The notes below the pieces were generated by a model, which was not told where the DNA came from, searched no databases, and was given only the letters and a program-made list of their open reading frames with translations. Below, piece after piece: positions 12,330-26,395 of a DNA stretch of 64,000 bases. Made by a program: the position numbers and the translations under genes. Origin of the DNA: Malacoraja senta (Eukaryota); NCBI GenBank assembly GCA_038087875.1, contig CM075988.1, positions 15,006,001 through 15,070,000 of the forward strand, written 5' to 3'. Each line of letters starts with the position of its first letter. Position 1 is the first letter of the stretch.

Positions 12330-13900
12330 ACCCCTCATTTCAATAATCTTCTGATGTCCTTCTGCCTAAAGGAAAGCTCAATCATTCCAGTCCCCAAGGG
12401 AAATAAAGTGACTTGTGTCAATGACTACTGTTTACTTGTTCTCGCATGCCACATTTAAGTGCTTTAAAAGATTGGTATTGGCCCACATTTGAACCTTCAG
12501 GACATACTGCCCCCCCCCCCCCCACACACACTATTTGTATAGGGGAAAAATAGGGAGGATGCTATCTCTCTCGCACTGCATTCAGCCCTGATTGCCTTGA
12601 TAATAAAAACATAGATGTCAGGATGATATTCATTGAATACAGCTCAGCCTTCAACACCACAATACTGAATAAGCTCATCCTTAAACTTCTGAACCTTGGC
12701 GTTGGGGCCTCCATCTGCAACTGGCTTCTGGATTTTCTGACAGACAGATGGGTGATTAACATTTTTGTTTAGTTTAATTTTGAGATACAGTGCGGAAACG
12801 GGCCCTTCGGCCCACCGAGTCTGCGCCAACTATTGATCCCCGCACATTAACACTATCCTACACACACGAGGGACAATTTACACATCCACCAAGCCAATTA
12901 ACCTACAAACCTGTACATCTTCAGAGTGTGGGAGGAAACCGAAAATCTTGGAGAAAACCCACGTGGTCATGGGGAGAACGTACAACCTCCATACAAACCA
13001 CCCGGGATCGATCCCGGGTATCCGGCACTGCAAGCGCTGTAAAATTGGTAATAGGATTTTCACCACCCTGACCCGCAACACTGGTATCCTTCAGTGCTGA
13101 GTGCTATGTGCCTTACCTAACTCCCTGTACACCAATGAATGTGGGGCCAAGTATAACGCCACCTCGGTTTTTTATGTTCGCTGATGATACCACTGTTGGC
13201 AGTTAAACAAATGATGAGAGTGAGTATACAGTAGGAAGAAGATCCGGACCTTGAGTCATAGTGTCAGAACAACAACCTAGCCCTTAACGTCGGCAATATG
13301 AAAGAGTTGGTTATTGACCTAAGGAAGCAAGGGGGTGAGCACAACCCATCCTCATCAACAGAGCTGCAAATGATCAACAGGTTCAAATTCCTAGGCTTTC
13401 ATATCACCAGCAACCTAAGTAACTTCACACTGATGTGGTGATCAAGAAAGCGCATCAAGCTATTTACTTAGGTGTTTGAGATTAGGCATGTCCATGTGAA
13501 TTCTCTCGAACTTCTACAGATGAGCTATAGAAAGTATTCTGATGGGATGCATCTCCACCTGGTATGGCAATTGCTCTACTTTTAACAGGCTGAACCTGCA
13601 GATAGTGGTGAACTGCCTGTTCTGTCACAGGCTTGTTACTTCCTTCCATCCACTATTCTATCTTGGGGTTCATTGCATCAGGAGGCTAAAAGTATCGTAA
13701 GGTTGCCTATTACCCTGGCCATTCCATTTTCTCTCTGTGTAGGAAGGAACTGCAGATAGACACAAAATGCTGGAGTAACTCCAGGCAGACAGCATCTCTG
13801 GATAGAAGGAATGGGTGATGTTTCAGGTCGAGACCCTTCAGACTCTCTTCTGCCTTCTGCGAGATGATACAGGAGCTTGAAACCTCAGACATCCAAACTA
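12330..13900 (+). mobile_element. Degenerate Rex1/Babar LINE interrupted by a SINE and a Penelope-derived repeat
   Basis: IIPVPK..VTCVNDY and [11 protein letters not shown] motifs, an FADDTT-coding stretch and KELVIDL. Confidence 0.8.
12765..13040 (-). mobile_element. HE1/V-SINE-like tRNA-derived SINE
   Basis: Reverse complement of the 28646-28955 family, with (TAAAC)n tail. Confidence 0.85.
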
Positions 13901-14165
13901 AAGAACAGATTCTTCCCCACTGCTATCAAACTCTTGGACCATTCACCTCTTTTACAGCCCATTCCCAGAGGAGCTATCAAATGCTCTTATTGTTAACTCT
14001 ACCTCATTCACATTGTACTTTAATATTCTTTTGCACTACTCAGATTTTTCCACAACAATCGTGCACCATTCTGGTATGTTGCACACACTGTTATATTCAT
14101 GTATTTAGCATTACTATCTGTATACTGTTTACTTTGTGAGCTTCATGTGAGCAAAGAATTTCATT

Positions 14166-14575
14166 TCAGATTCAGATTCAGATTCAGATTCAACTTTATT
14201 GTCATTGTGCAGTGTACAGTACAGAGACAACGAAATGCAGTTAGCATCTCCCTGGAAGAGCGACATAAATATGAGCAATAAATAAATCGAATAAATCCTG
14301 GTGGGGGGAGTGTCTGGGGGGTGGGGGGGGGGGTAATTGGCAGTCACCGAGGTACAGTGTTGAGTAGTGTAACAGCCGCAGGGAAGAAGCTGTTCCTAGA
14401 CCTGCTGGTCCGACAACGGAGAGACCTGTAGCGCCTCCCGGATGGTAGGAGGGTAAACAGTCTGTGGTTGGGGTGAGAGCAGTCCTTGGCGATGCTGAGC
14501 GCCCTTCGCAGACAACGCTTGCTTTGGACAGACTCAATGGAGGGGAGTGAGGAACTGGTGATGCGTTGGGCACCC
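14166..14575 (-). mobile_element. Rex1/Babar LINE 3' end with (GAATCT)n tail
   Basis: (TTCAGA)4 on +, followed by a stretch coding LLPSGRRYRSL..RTSRSRNSFFP on -. Confidence 0.85.
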
Positions 14576-15279
14576 TAGTGACAATAAAATAATCTATCAA
14601 TTCAAAATGTTAATATATTTCAACAACATTTATTTTTTGTATGAAGTGATGTTAGGTGGCTAAATTGATCTGAAACCGTATACACAGTTATGGAACAAGC
14701 TTGATGGAAGTGAGGGTACATTCATCTGCCTGCATTTAATAGGCAATTTTAATCTGTTTCTGTTAGGATTTGGCCAGTTTGAAAGGACATGAAAATGGTA
14801 GTCATCAATATAGAGACTGTTGCCAAGTGAAGAGGTATTCGAATTGGATGTAGATGTGGAAATACTGAACCTATTTTCATTATAATTAAGAAAGTTGAAC
14901 ATGGAAATGTGGAAATTGTAAAGGTTTTGATTGAATCAATTGTCAGTGAAACAATAGCAACAAATTATAACTATCTCAGAGAGGAGGGAAGTTAAAATTT
15001 TCTTGCATAATAATTAGATGTGGGAACGTTGCCACAAATAGTGGTCATCAGAAAGAAATGTACTTATGTATTTAAAACAAGGTAAGATACAGGACCATGT
15101 GAAAAGTACTGGATAGCAAGATCAGTTTGTATTGAAGTGTTGTCCTGGACTAGTTGGAGCAAATGACCATCATCCATGCTGCAAACCTCTGTAATTTCTT
15201 GCTTCTCAGCTCCTTTCTTACAGTCAAGGCAAGAGTGTTTTATTGTCATATGTCCCGGATGGGACAATGAAATTCTTAG

Positions 15280-15980
15280 AAGAAAATCAGAATGCTGAAA
15301 GGACTCAGTGGGTTGAGACCCTGCATTAGGGCAGGCAGGAAGCATGAAAGATTTTCAGTGTATAGTAGTGGGTAAGAGGTCGGGATAGAGGCTGGTAGGT
15401 GATCGGGAGAGCTAGATGGGGACGGGATGATAGGCAGATAGAACCAGGTGGGGGAGAGAGAGATTGGTTAGAGGCTGGTAGGTGATAGGCTTTACCTGAT
15501 GGGGAGGAGATGATGGACAGATAGTGAATAAGGGATGAATAAAGGTGAGATGAAAACTAGGTGGACAGGTGAGTGTGTCAGAGGAGAGCAACTGATATTG
15601 ACAAATTCAACAGTCCTACCATTACACTGTAAGATACCAAAGCAGAATATAGGATATTGTTCTTCACATTTGTGTTTGGCCTCTATGTAGTAGTGGACAA
15701 TGCTAAGGACAGACAGGTCAGTGGGGGAGTGGGAAGGAGGGTCAAAATAAAATGCAACTGGAAGCTTGAGATGGCTGTTAAAGAGAGAGCACAAATGCTT
15801 TGCAAAATAGACTCCCAGTCTACATTTAGTTTCAGCAATGTGGAGAAGGACACATCACAGAGATGCAAGTGAACCTCTGCCTCACCTGGAATTGACCCTT
15901 TAAGCTCCTCTAGGAGTTTCAGACCTGCAGCAGCATGATTTTTGTGCTTCCCATGAATTCCAAACTTGCAGATGTTCACA
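15280..15980 (-). mobile_element. Decayed Penelope-like element 3' part (GIY-YIG C-terminal remnant plus pLTR)
   Basis: ORF 15492-15794: PVAFYFDPPSHSPTDLSVLSIVHYYIEAKHKCEEQYPIF. Confidence 0.75.
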
Positions 15981-16369
15981 ACTTGCCAATTACACAGTCC
16001 ACATGATGTTAATTTCTCTGCTGATCTGATGTGAATTATTCAGAGCCAGGACATCCAGCCAGTTTCTGTGCTCACAGTTTGAGTTGCACACCATTCCTTT
16101 CTCCTGTCAGCTGCTGAGCATGTTTCTAGTATCCCATCTGGCAGATTAATAGGAACATTTATCACCTTCTGGTAGCTCATTTGAATGTAGCTTTCAATCT
16201 GGCCACTGACCCCGCTATCTTTTATCGAAATGATCTTGGAATGCTTTACCTGAACTGTGTAATTTCAATGGTAAAGACTATGGGTTAACCATGCTCTCTC
16301 CAGACTATCAAGATTGTCTGCATTTTGGGTCCATTAACTCAAACCTAACCTGCTCACTTAAGCTGACCT

Positions 16370-16590
16370 AAAAGACCCCTGGTCCCAGTTTTGAGAAGGA
16401 GTTGGGGAATTTCCCCCATTGTTTCTAGCTAATCGCTACCTCTTCAGCATGTTAGCTGGCCGTTGTTAAAGACTGCTTGTGGCACCTTGTTGTGCACAAT
16501 TCCCAGTCGCATTTCCTGCATCATCACAGTGACTGTCCTTCATTGCCTGTGGAATGCATGAATTCTCAGAGATTTGCCATGTTTAATTGT
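16370..16590 (+). mobile_element. Deu-domain SINE (SacSINE1-like); related copies at ~21860-22145 (+), ~9850-10140 (-), ~54430-54760 (-)
   Basis: tgcttgtggcaccttgttgtgcacaatt...catttcctgcatcatcacagtgact resembles the Deu-SINE 3' half as recalled. Confidence 0.55.
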
Positions 16591-17730
16591 GGCCTGGACT
16601 CGCTATTTTGAAATTAATGCAAAATTATCATGTTCATAAGTGATAGGAGCAGAATTAGGCCATTCGGCCCATCAGGTTCCTTCTTCGCTCTATTCCTAGC
16701 TGTTCCAGATTAATTTTGCAATGTCCCGCTATGAAATCCTAGCACCTCCACACTTTTCCATTAAACATAACGTTTGGCTCCCTGTGGATATGATTGTACA
16801 GCCAGTGGCACACAAGAAGGTTCTGCTCCCATTTTTGGCTGTTTTATTTGTCCACGTTACAGTTCAGGTTTTTTTTAAATTAATTCAGTTGTAATCATCT
16901 TCGTTATTCATTCTGTCCTCGGCTTAATCGATATCCTCAATTATCTGCAAGGCGCCCCTTGAGCTGAGTAATAAGGAGGCAGCATGGGGTAAGATCACAT
17001 TTCGGGCAGGTGCTATTCCAGCGCAATTAAGCAGCAGGAAGAAATCAGCAGAATGCGCCTGGTTTCTTCTTTTCATTTAGTCTCCACTCATAATAGTTTT
17101 TAATTATAGTTTTTAATTATAGTTGAAGACGTGCTGGAGGTTTGTGCCAAATGGCTTGTAACTGTCGACTGATTTGCAGCAGTTTTAGTGTAACTTTACA
17201 ATGCCTTGAGGTCAAAGCTAGCCATTTTGAAAATGATGTTCTCCTGTAGAGCCATAAAACATGCGTTGAAGAGAGGAGGATATCCTTTGCAATGACGTAT
17301 TTCATGGTGTTAGCGATGGATTTGTATCTACGCGTCTGCAAAACAATCTTTTCCAAAGAACTCATCAATCAATGGCAAAATGCCAGATGTTCAAATATCA
17401 AATTCAGGCACAGCAACTTTTGTTTGTTCTTTCCAGGGAATGCTCAGCACATCATCTGATGTTTATTTATAGGTTTCAGCTATCTTTTACAGGTTTAACA
17501 ATTTAATATTAAAATTGCAGGGTGGTAAACACTGCATTAATGTGCAAAGCATTTGCTTGCTGAAATTACCATCAGTGATTGATAGCTTCATCTGGTGATC
17601 TGCTTCCTGATCACAATTTCGTCATGGAAACTCAGACCCGCTCAATATGTTCAAAAGCTGAATGCAGGTTAATTTCTCCTCCACTGGAGCTTGTGTTGAT
17701 GGTTTCAATATTTCTTTTTTTTTTCTCCAG

Positions 17731-17934
17731 GAAAATCCATATGTGATGCTGAAACCAAACCACCAAGAGCTCCAGGGGAATGAGCAGTACGAGGGGTTCT
17801 GTGTGGATATGCTGAAAGAGCTGTCGGAAATTCTTAAATTTCATTACAAAATCCAACTGGTAGCCGATGGTGTTTACGGGGTAGCAGAGGCCAATGGCAC
17901 TTGGACGGGAATGATCGGTGAGCTAATTTCAAGG
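17731..17934 (+). CDS. GRIK4: GluK4 exon (ligand-binding S1)
   Basis: polypyrimidine-ctccAG|...|GTAAGT; 204 nt; [68 protein letters not shown]. Confidence 0.96.
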
Positions 17935-18721
17935 GTAAGTGCTGCATAAAACAAATAATATTTCAATTAAAATTAAATAATAACAAAGCGCATGAATTAA
18001 TGATCAGTTTTAGAATGGAAGCCTAAAGTCACCTCTCTGTGCTACTTAAAATAATATGCTGAAAATCAGCAGAGTTGCTGCGCAAATTGTGGACACGCAG
18101 AAATCGATTGAAGGTTTATACTCCAACTTGTAATTCGAGATCTCACTCAGGGGAGCAACAGCGATTTTCCTTTCGTCCTACATCACAACACTTGATCATG
18201 TTTTATTGTTAAGCTCGGTGCTCGGTGCTGAGAAATGGAGCACTTTCCTACTCGGAGTCCTCCTGATCAGCATCAAGCACTCCCAGGTGAGGCATATAAC
18301 ATCAAAGAGAGAGCCAAAGATCGACACCATCCACTTTATTCCCAGACTCAGAAAAACAATTGTAACACACCAGTTTAACACTGATTTTCTTTAAGTGTAA
18401 TTATATTTCAAGAATGCCTTTAGCCAAAACTAATTCTGTTGCATTTGAAAGATTGCCATAACCTAAAAGTCATAGGTTATAGTCAGCAATTATGGTCATC
18501 CTTGAGTGATCTGCGAACACTGAAAGTCAACTGCTGTCCAGGGAACCAAATGGCCAGGAAACCAATAGATTGGGGTGCGCAGATCTAGATGATGGATGAA
18601 GGGTGTTTGGAATGCTAGGGCCAAGGCTGATGGGGTCCAGGAGGTCAGGAGTGATACAATCAGGGAAACCAAGTGAAGATGATTGAATCAGGGTGTTTGG
18701 AGAAATGTAGCAAAATGTATT

Positions 18722-18840
18722 CATGTGATTTGATGGAAATGAGTGTGTTAGGGTGACTAGTTCCGTTTCCTGGTCTGTAACCATGTGATTTGATGGAAGT
18801 AATTGTGTCAGGGTATCTAGTTCCATTTCCTGGCCTAGGT
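18722..18840. repeat. Two-copy tandem repeat with a 60-bp unit
   Basis: catgtgatttgatggaa...tagttcc.tttcctgg occurs twice at 60-nt spacing. Confidence 0.8.
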
Positions 18841-19842
18841 TTAATGGTCAACTTTCTCCATAGCAACCCACAAATTCTCAGATTCAGTTAATTAAGATTC
18901 ACAATCCCATGGAGCAGGTTCATAAGAACAGTATAACTCAACCCATTATGAACTGTTGATGCAAATCATTTAAAGCTTTAAAGCATAATTATAGGTGGGA
19001 TGCATCAATGGAAATCTCCTCGCTATCCTATCCTATCCTTTCAGCTGTGTTCTGGTGTTGCAGGGACCTTGATCGGAATCACAACTGACTGCTTCCTTGT
19101 CTTTTACTTTCTGATTTAGAAATGCCTTTTCCATTTAGATTATAGATGTTATTTTCATGTGCATAATAATTCATCTTGTGGTTTGGACTTCTCCTTTTCA
19201 CAATAATATATCATATATTGTAACTATAATTTTACAAATACAATGTTTACGTAATAGATCAAATGTATAACAGCATTGATTTTTTTTGGTTTCATCTTAA
19301 TAATGTACGAAAGAGATGCTTGCATATATCATGGGTTGCAAAAAACATGATAATGCAGTTGTCAAGAATTTGAGATCAAATTATTATGATGTGAGTGATA
19401 CTGTGATCATTAATGCACAAACCAAACAGCTGGTTTTGAGGAAAAGTACCCCCATGCATTTTGAATCACAACAGGATTTTTCTTTGCATGACTCTGGTGT
19501 TGGTTTCATGAGGTTTCTCCACTTGTTCATTAATTGACCCTTAAACCCGCCACTGTTGAGTGGTTAACAGCATCTACCCTTTTAATGCTGCAATAATTGA
19601 CAATGACAGCCAATCAACCTTTCTTGCTCAGTGAGCGAATGATTAAATGAGTGGATTCTGAGTCCTGCAGGTTGTGAACAAGTGGAGATTTTAAACAATG
19701 CCAAATTTTACCATTTAACTTTCTTCCTTTTACTGTCTTTTTTTCTCATTTAAATTCCTTCAACCTACCCTTTTTTAAGATTTGCCACTGAATGCATTCT
19801 CCATCTCAGTCCCATCTATATTTGATTCTCAGTCCTTGGTTA

Positions 19843-20062
19843 TCTGTGGAATTCTCTGCCACAGAAGGTAGTTGAGGCCAGTTCATTGGCTATATTTAAG
19901 AGGGTTAGATGTGGCCCTTGTGGCTAAAGGGATCAGGGGATATGGAGAGAAGGCAGGTACAGGATACTGAGTTGGATGATCAGCCATGATCACATTGAAT
20001 GGTGGTGCAGGCTCGAAGAGCCGAATGGCCTACTCCAGCACCTATTTTCTATGTTTCTATGT
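19843..20062 (+). mobile_element. CR1 LINE 3' end (young subfamily)
   Basis: Near-identical to 4000-4220; (TTTCTATG)n tail. Confidence 0.92.
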
Positions 20063-21411
20063 TATGGGGGTAGATTGTTTCCCCCCCTGACCTCCCACAC
20101 CACAGCTCTCACTTCCAGAACTTTTCTGGACCATATTTTATAATTAAACCAAGTCTAAGTATGGACATCTTTGAAATAGTTAGCTCGAACAAAATGGGGG
20201 CTGTTCTAATTGATGGGAAATATCCATTAAGCTCTTAGTTGTTCTATCTATCTTTTTTTATTTAGTTTAGAGATACAGTGTGGAAACTGGACCTTCAGCC
20301 CACCAAGTCCGCACCAACCAGCGACTCCTGCACACTTACACTATCGTACGCACACTAGGGACAAGTTACAATTATACCAAGCCAATTAACCTACAAACCT
20401 CTACGTCTTTGAAGAAACCAGAGATCCCTGAGAAAATGCAGGCTGTCTCACCACAGGCAAAAAACTGCACTGGTTGAACTGCTTTGACAACCAACAAGCT
20501 TCTACTCCCTGCCATTAACGATTCAGTGGCTGTCAGCATCAGTATTGTAGGACCATTGAATGCTTGTGAATATTAGTAATATTAAGAAAAATCAAAATAG
20601 TGTTTGAAAAATTAAAATACTTCTTTACATTTATAAAGCAAAAAAGCACACAGCTACACTAAATAAAACTCACCTCAATTAATATAAAGATAACTTCAGG
20701 GAGGCGCCTTAGGTCACTTGCTACAAAATCCACCCGTTTTAAAAACAGTTTCTTCCCCTCAGCAATAAGAACACTTAATTCCCTCCAATAACTTTTTGAC
20801 TTTGATGTATACAGTGTCTTGTCTATGGTTTTTGTCTGTTCTTTTGCACTATGTATTGTTGGTGAGATTTGTGATTTGTGATGTGCTTTATTATTATGAT
20901 CTGTGTTGTTATTAGTGTTAATGTGCTAAAGCAGTGTACCATCATGTACCAAACCCAATTACCACCAACCCTGGTCGTGTGGCAAATAAAGTTTCTATCT
21001 ATCATCTATCTAACTACTTGCCTTTTTCCCAGAAGACAATATCTCCCATTCATTTGAAAGGAGACTATGGTTCTTGTGGCAGGTTTAACCCAGCACAGGA
21101 TGAGGGGTTGATCTTGTGGCCTGAGAACTGGAAGATACCCTGGACTTCACGAGGAACTGTGGCAGCCTTTAACACCGGTGGAGTGTGGAAGATGTTACTG
21201 CTGGTTTAAATTGGCAGCAGTGCTGGAAATTGGAACTTCCTCTGTGATACACAGTTAAATCTCAGCATCAGCACTGGAATTGGGGAAGAAAATCTCCCAC
21301 AACACTTCCCCTTAATTTGCAATTTCTGCTTTAGATGAAATCTGGTCTATTTGATGGGTAATGATTGCGTGCACGTGTATTTGCGTGTGTGTTTGTGAAA
21401 GAGAGAGAGGA

Positions 21412-21610
21412 TGTAAGAAGGAACTGCAGATGTTGGTTTAAACTGAAGATAAACACAAAAAGCTGGAGCAACTCAGCAGGACAGGCAGCATCTCTGGAGA
21501 GAAGGAATGGATGACGGGTCGGGTCGGGTCTCGACCTAAAACGTCACCCTTTCCTTCTCTCCAGAGATGCTACCTGTCCCGCTGAGTTACTTCAGCTTTT
21601 TGTGTCTATT
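21412..21610. mobile_element. Fold-back Penelope-derived repeat
   Basis: Arm acacaaaaagctggagcaactcagc..ctctggagagaaggaa and its reverse complement. Confidence 0.85.
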
Positions 21611-21660
21611 CTCTGTTTGTGTTTATCTTATTCAGTCCCCACTGACTTGCCTGCTTTTAA

Positions 21661-21879
<219 letters not shown>

Positions 21880-22197
21880 TAGACTGGGTTAGTTGGTACC
21901 TTTTGTATGACGTATAAATGGAGGGCCATCTGCCTCCTCTCGTGTACATAAAGATTCAGTGGTACTTTTAAAAAAGCTGGACAAATATATTTTCCTCAGC
22001 CATCTTCGCTCTTTGTGGGGTCTTGCTGTGCATCCATTGACTGCTCATTTCCATGTTGCCCTGGTGATGATACCTTGGATGCAATTGGAGATGATCTAGA
22101 ATTGTGTAAGGCACGAAATAAGTGAAAGTGTTTTGTTTCCTTTCTTTACTGAAGTAGAACTGTAATGATAACTAGCAATAAGTAAAAGGAATCTCTA

Positions 22198-22351
22198 GGG
22201 TAGACACAAAATGCTGGAGTAACTCAGCGGGACAGGCAGCATCTCTGAAGAGAAGGAATGGGTGACGTTTCGGGTCGAGAGCCTTCTTCAGACTCCAGCT
22301 TTTTGTGTTTGTCTTCAGTTTAAACCAGCACCTGCAGTTCTTTCCTACAAT
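22198..22351. mobile_element. Penelope-derived repeat with TSD AGGAATCTCTA and a minus-strand hammerhead core (22264-22291)
   Basis: TSD at 22187-22197 and 22352-22362. Confidence 0.85.
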
Positions 22352-23177
22352 AGGAATCTCTAATTGTACATAGAGGTTTTCATGAATGGTACATTTCCAA
22401 CCCCAGCTCTGGAGAAATGTGACAGATGGAACAATTCATTGGAGGAACATTTGGGGACAGTGACCATAACATCGCTGTCAGGTTTCATTTGAAGCAAATT
22501 TGAAGAAATAAAATGTGCAAAATGTTCTTCTGTGTGAAGGCTGGTCTGAGTGAGTTGAAAATGGATTTGGTTCTGGTCGATTAGAATTAGAAGGGCAGAA
22601 AAGTCTGACTGAGCAAAGATAGTTTGGGTGGAGACCAGACACATTTCCTCAGACAGGAGAGGAAAGTTATTTAGAGCTACACCTCTTTGATGACATCAAA
22701 ATTGAGCATGATGAAGCTGTTTTTTTCCAGTGCTATGAGAGCTTCAAAGTAGCGACTGTGATGAACTCACACACTTATTGGGATAATTGTTCCGGATGGT
22801 TCATTGTTTAAGATGTTAGCACGCAGAAGCAAGCTAGGCAGCTCGATAATTGCATCAATCAGTCTGCAGTTTGGCTTTGATGCCAGAATTGCAATTTGCT
22901 AAAAATAACATTATCTCTTAATCCTACACAAGCTGAATACGTATTTAGGAGCAGAAAGGCATCCTTTCTACTCATGCACTCCGTCTTCACATCATCATTT
23001 ATTCAATAAAGGGATTGTTTATTATTGCATTGTTGTTGCTGGTTGGTGTATTTTGATGGTTGTTTCAATTTCCTACAGTTGTTTCAAGTTCCAAAAGTCT
23101 ATAAGTAGCAGTGAAGGAGTTTCTGTGACTTCCAGACAATACTAGTTGCAATCCCCAGCAAGGACCGATGTATGGAC

Positions 23178-23850
23178 CAGATTAGGAGAAGGTGAGGTGC
23201 AACGAGACCTGGGTGTGCTTGTACATCAGTCACTGAAAGTAACCATGTAGGTACAGCAGGCAGGAGCAAGGAGGTCCCACTGCAGTTGTACAGGGCACTG
23301 GTGAGACCGCACCTGGAGTATTGTGTGCAATTTTGGTCTCCTAATTTGAGAAAGGACATTATTGCTATTGAGGGAGTGCAGTGCAGGTTCACCAGGTTAA
23401 TTCCCAGGATGGCGGGACTGACATATGATGAAAGAATGGGTCGACTGGGCTAGTATTCACTGGAATTTAGAAGGATGAGAGGGAATCTTATAGAAACATA
23501 TTAAATTCTTAGAGGATTGGACAGGGTCGATGCAGGAAAAGTGTCATAGGGGGTCATAGTTTAAAAATAAGGGGTAGGCCATTTAGGACTGAGATGAGGA
23601 AAAACTTTTTCACCCAGAGAGTTGTGAATCTGTGGAATTCTCTTCCACAGAAAGCAGTGGAGGCCAATTCACAGGATGTATTCAAAAGAGAGTTACAGTA
23701 GATTTAGCTCTTAGGGCTAAGGGAATCAAGGGATATGGGGGAAAAGCCGGAACGGGGTACTGATTTTGGATAATCAGCCATGATCATATTGAATGGCGGT
23801 GCTGGCTCGAAGGGCCGATGGCCTACTCCTGCGCCTATTTTCTATGTTTC
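23178..23850 (+). mobile_element. CR1 LINE 3' fragment
   Basis: LQLYRALVRPHLEYCVQFWSP-coding stretch, 3'UTR and tail. Confidence 0.92.
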
Positions 23851-24314
23851 CATGAGACTTTTTACTTTGATAAACATCTTCCCTGAAATCTGCAGTCGCA
23901 ATTCAACATCATAATGGGGGTAAAGACACCGTTCTTATCAAGATAAGGAAGCTGGAAATACAAATGCATCTGGCTGCTTCCATGCTAGAACTGGAGATAT
24001 TTCCAGCATTCTACGGTTTAATATTCTTGCTGCATAAAAAAGATCTCTACTCCAAGAGAGCTAATTATGTTGCATTCCATCATAAGAACATTTGGTGAAA
24101 AGAACATGTAGTTTGACAAGGATTGCAGGCATCCTCACAGTTCAGGGTGCCTTAGTAGCATGCATATTGTTCAAAGAACGCATTTGAACTCTAAAAGGAA
24201 TTCCCACCCACCATAGTATCCACAATGCAAAAATGAAAGGTAACCACAAAATAAACATTCCACACCAAACTGATAAATAGTGCCATATCATCAGATTATT
24301 CAACATATAAAGGT

Positions 24315-24449
24315 GTAGGAAGGGACTGCAAATGCTGGTTTAACCTGAAGATGGACACAAAATGCTGAAGTAACTCAGGGTGACAGGCAGCATCTCTGGA
24401 GAGAAGGAATGGGTGGCGTTTCGGGTCAAGACCCTTCTTCAGACTGAAG
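24315..24449 (-). mobile_element. Penelope-derived repeat with 12-bp TSD ACATATAAAGGT
   Basis: TSD at 24303-24314 and 24450-24461. Confidence 0.85.
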
Positions 24450-26169
24450 ACATATAAAGGTCATCTACTCACCCTTGAGGATTCAATGTCTGTCCTGGAG
24501 CACTAACTTGTTCCACCCAAATGCTAAACTGTGGCTGGTGGAAGGATTCTGGCTCTCAGAAAACTGCACATTGCCATGCAGAGTGTCTCAAAAAGCTCAG
24601 GACCATGAACGCCCTGCATTATTTCTTCATTAGTGGCAGCAGTCTAGTGAATTGACAGACCACCGCTGGGCTCACTAGGAAGGAAAATGTTGTTGTCATA
24701 GGTTTGTACAGTGGACTGCATGTCAAGGAGACATTGGCAATGATGTCTCAACCTAAGGAATAAATGAGGACAGTTTGTACCGTTTTACACTTTGTTGTCC
24801 TGCAAGCCCAATTGCTCACTGTCGTCCAAACCCAAGATGCAGTCATTTGAGCTTGCATGGCATTGAACAGACATTGCTTAGTCGGTGCTTGTGTTGGAAA
24901 CTGCAACATTTACCATCAGATCCATGGGTGCACAAAGAACCACCAGTTTCAAGCTGGAAAGAGTGAAATTCAAGCCGCTTGAAATGAATGAACAGCATCA
25001 CCATGCCAGGTCGACCACTGCAACTCTGACCCGGTACCACTGCCAGGACAATGGGCCTTCGTGGCCAAGTTAAGACACTACCATTTTTCAAATATATTTG
25101 GATTTGAAGGGTACAAGTTGGTGCCTAAAATGAGGCAACTCTTGTGTAGGGACTCAGTGTGATATACTATCTTAAACTCTTATACTTAGCATGATGGCGC
25201 CTTATGAATAGTAGGATTGTCACTGAACTGTATGGGGAAAAAAAAGAATTTCACTATACTTGGGTGCATGTGCCAATAATGTACCATTGAATGCAGGCTT
25301 TCAGGTAGGCTTCCACTTCTCACACAAAGCAGCTTTAATATGCCACTTCAAACATCGTAAAATATAGTATCATAGTGCTGTACAGAATGGAAACAGGCCC
25401 TTTTGTCCACTGGGATAGTTCTAATTACCTACATTTGGCCATTGCCCTCTAAACCCGTCATATCTGTCCAAATGTCTTTTAAAGGTCGTAATTATAATCC
25501 GCTTCTATTGCATACAGAATAGCTCATATTCTTTAAATAATTTCTTCTGATAAAGTTGAATTTATTAAGTGTGTTCCATTCAGAGTCTTCCCATTTGTTG
25601 TCATGTTTTGGGTAAGGAAAATATTTTGTTTGTTTCTCTACGTTCAAAATAAAATGAATGTTGCCACTGATTTCCTTGTCAAATTAATGTTAGTTCAGTG
25701 GTGATTGGGAGGGAAATTACCAAAAATGAAACATCTGAAAGAATTCTGGATTAATGCATTAACCTAGCAAGTCTGAGCCACAGGAGTGAACAACTCTGCA
25801 CCATGGTGGCTCTCTGCCAAATACAATTTGCAGTCGGAGATGAAGTGCAAACAACCGGAGGAATTTTTCAAGAAAATATCGTTTTCCAAAAGGTCAGTCC
25901 AGCAGTAATACTGCAGACTGTGGCCTGACTTATTGCAGTTGCTGTACTAATACGCTGGTCAAATATACAGAAGGCATTTTACAACCTGTCAAAGGCAAAT
26001 ATGCAATGTTACCGAATTTGAAGGGGCCAGAGCAGGTCCCTAGCTAGTCAGATGACTCATGAATAATCGTCAATGAACTATGCTGCAGAATTTCCGTGGA
26101 GGTGGCTACATTGACTGCAATTCACAGCGTGGTCCATATTGGTCCAAGTTGCCGGACCAATACCATAGT

Positions 26170-26395
26170 AAGACAAAATATATTGGAGTAACTCAGCGGG
26201 TGAGGCAGCATCCTGAAGATGGATAGGTGTCATTTCGGTTCAGGACCCTTTTTCAGACTGAAGAACAAACAGTTTGAAGAAGAGTCCCAACCTGAAACGT
26301 CACCATGTTCTCCAAAAATGCTGCCTTACCCGCTGAGTTACTCCAGCATATTGGGCCTTTCCTTAGAAAAATAGCATCTGCAGTTCCTTGTTTCC
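26170..26395. mobile_element. Fold-back Penelope-derived repeat
   Basis: Inverted arms around ttcagactgaagaacaaacagtttgaagaa. Confidence 0.8.
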
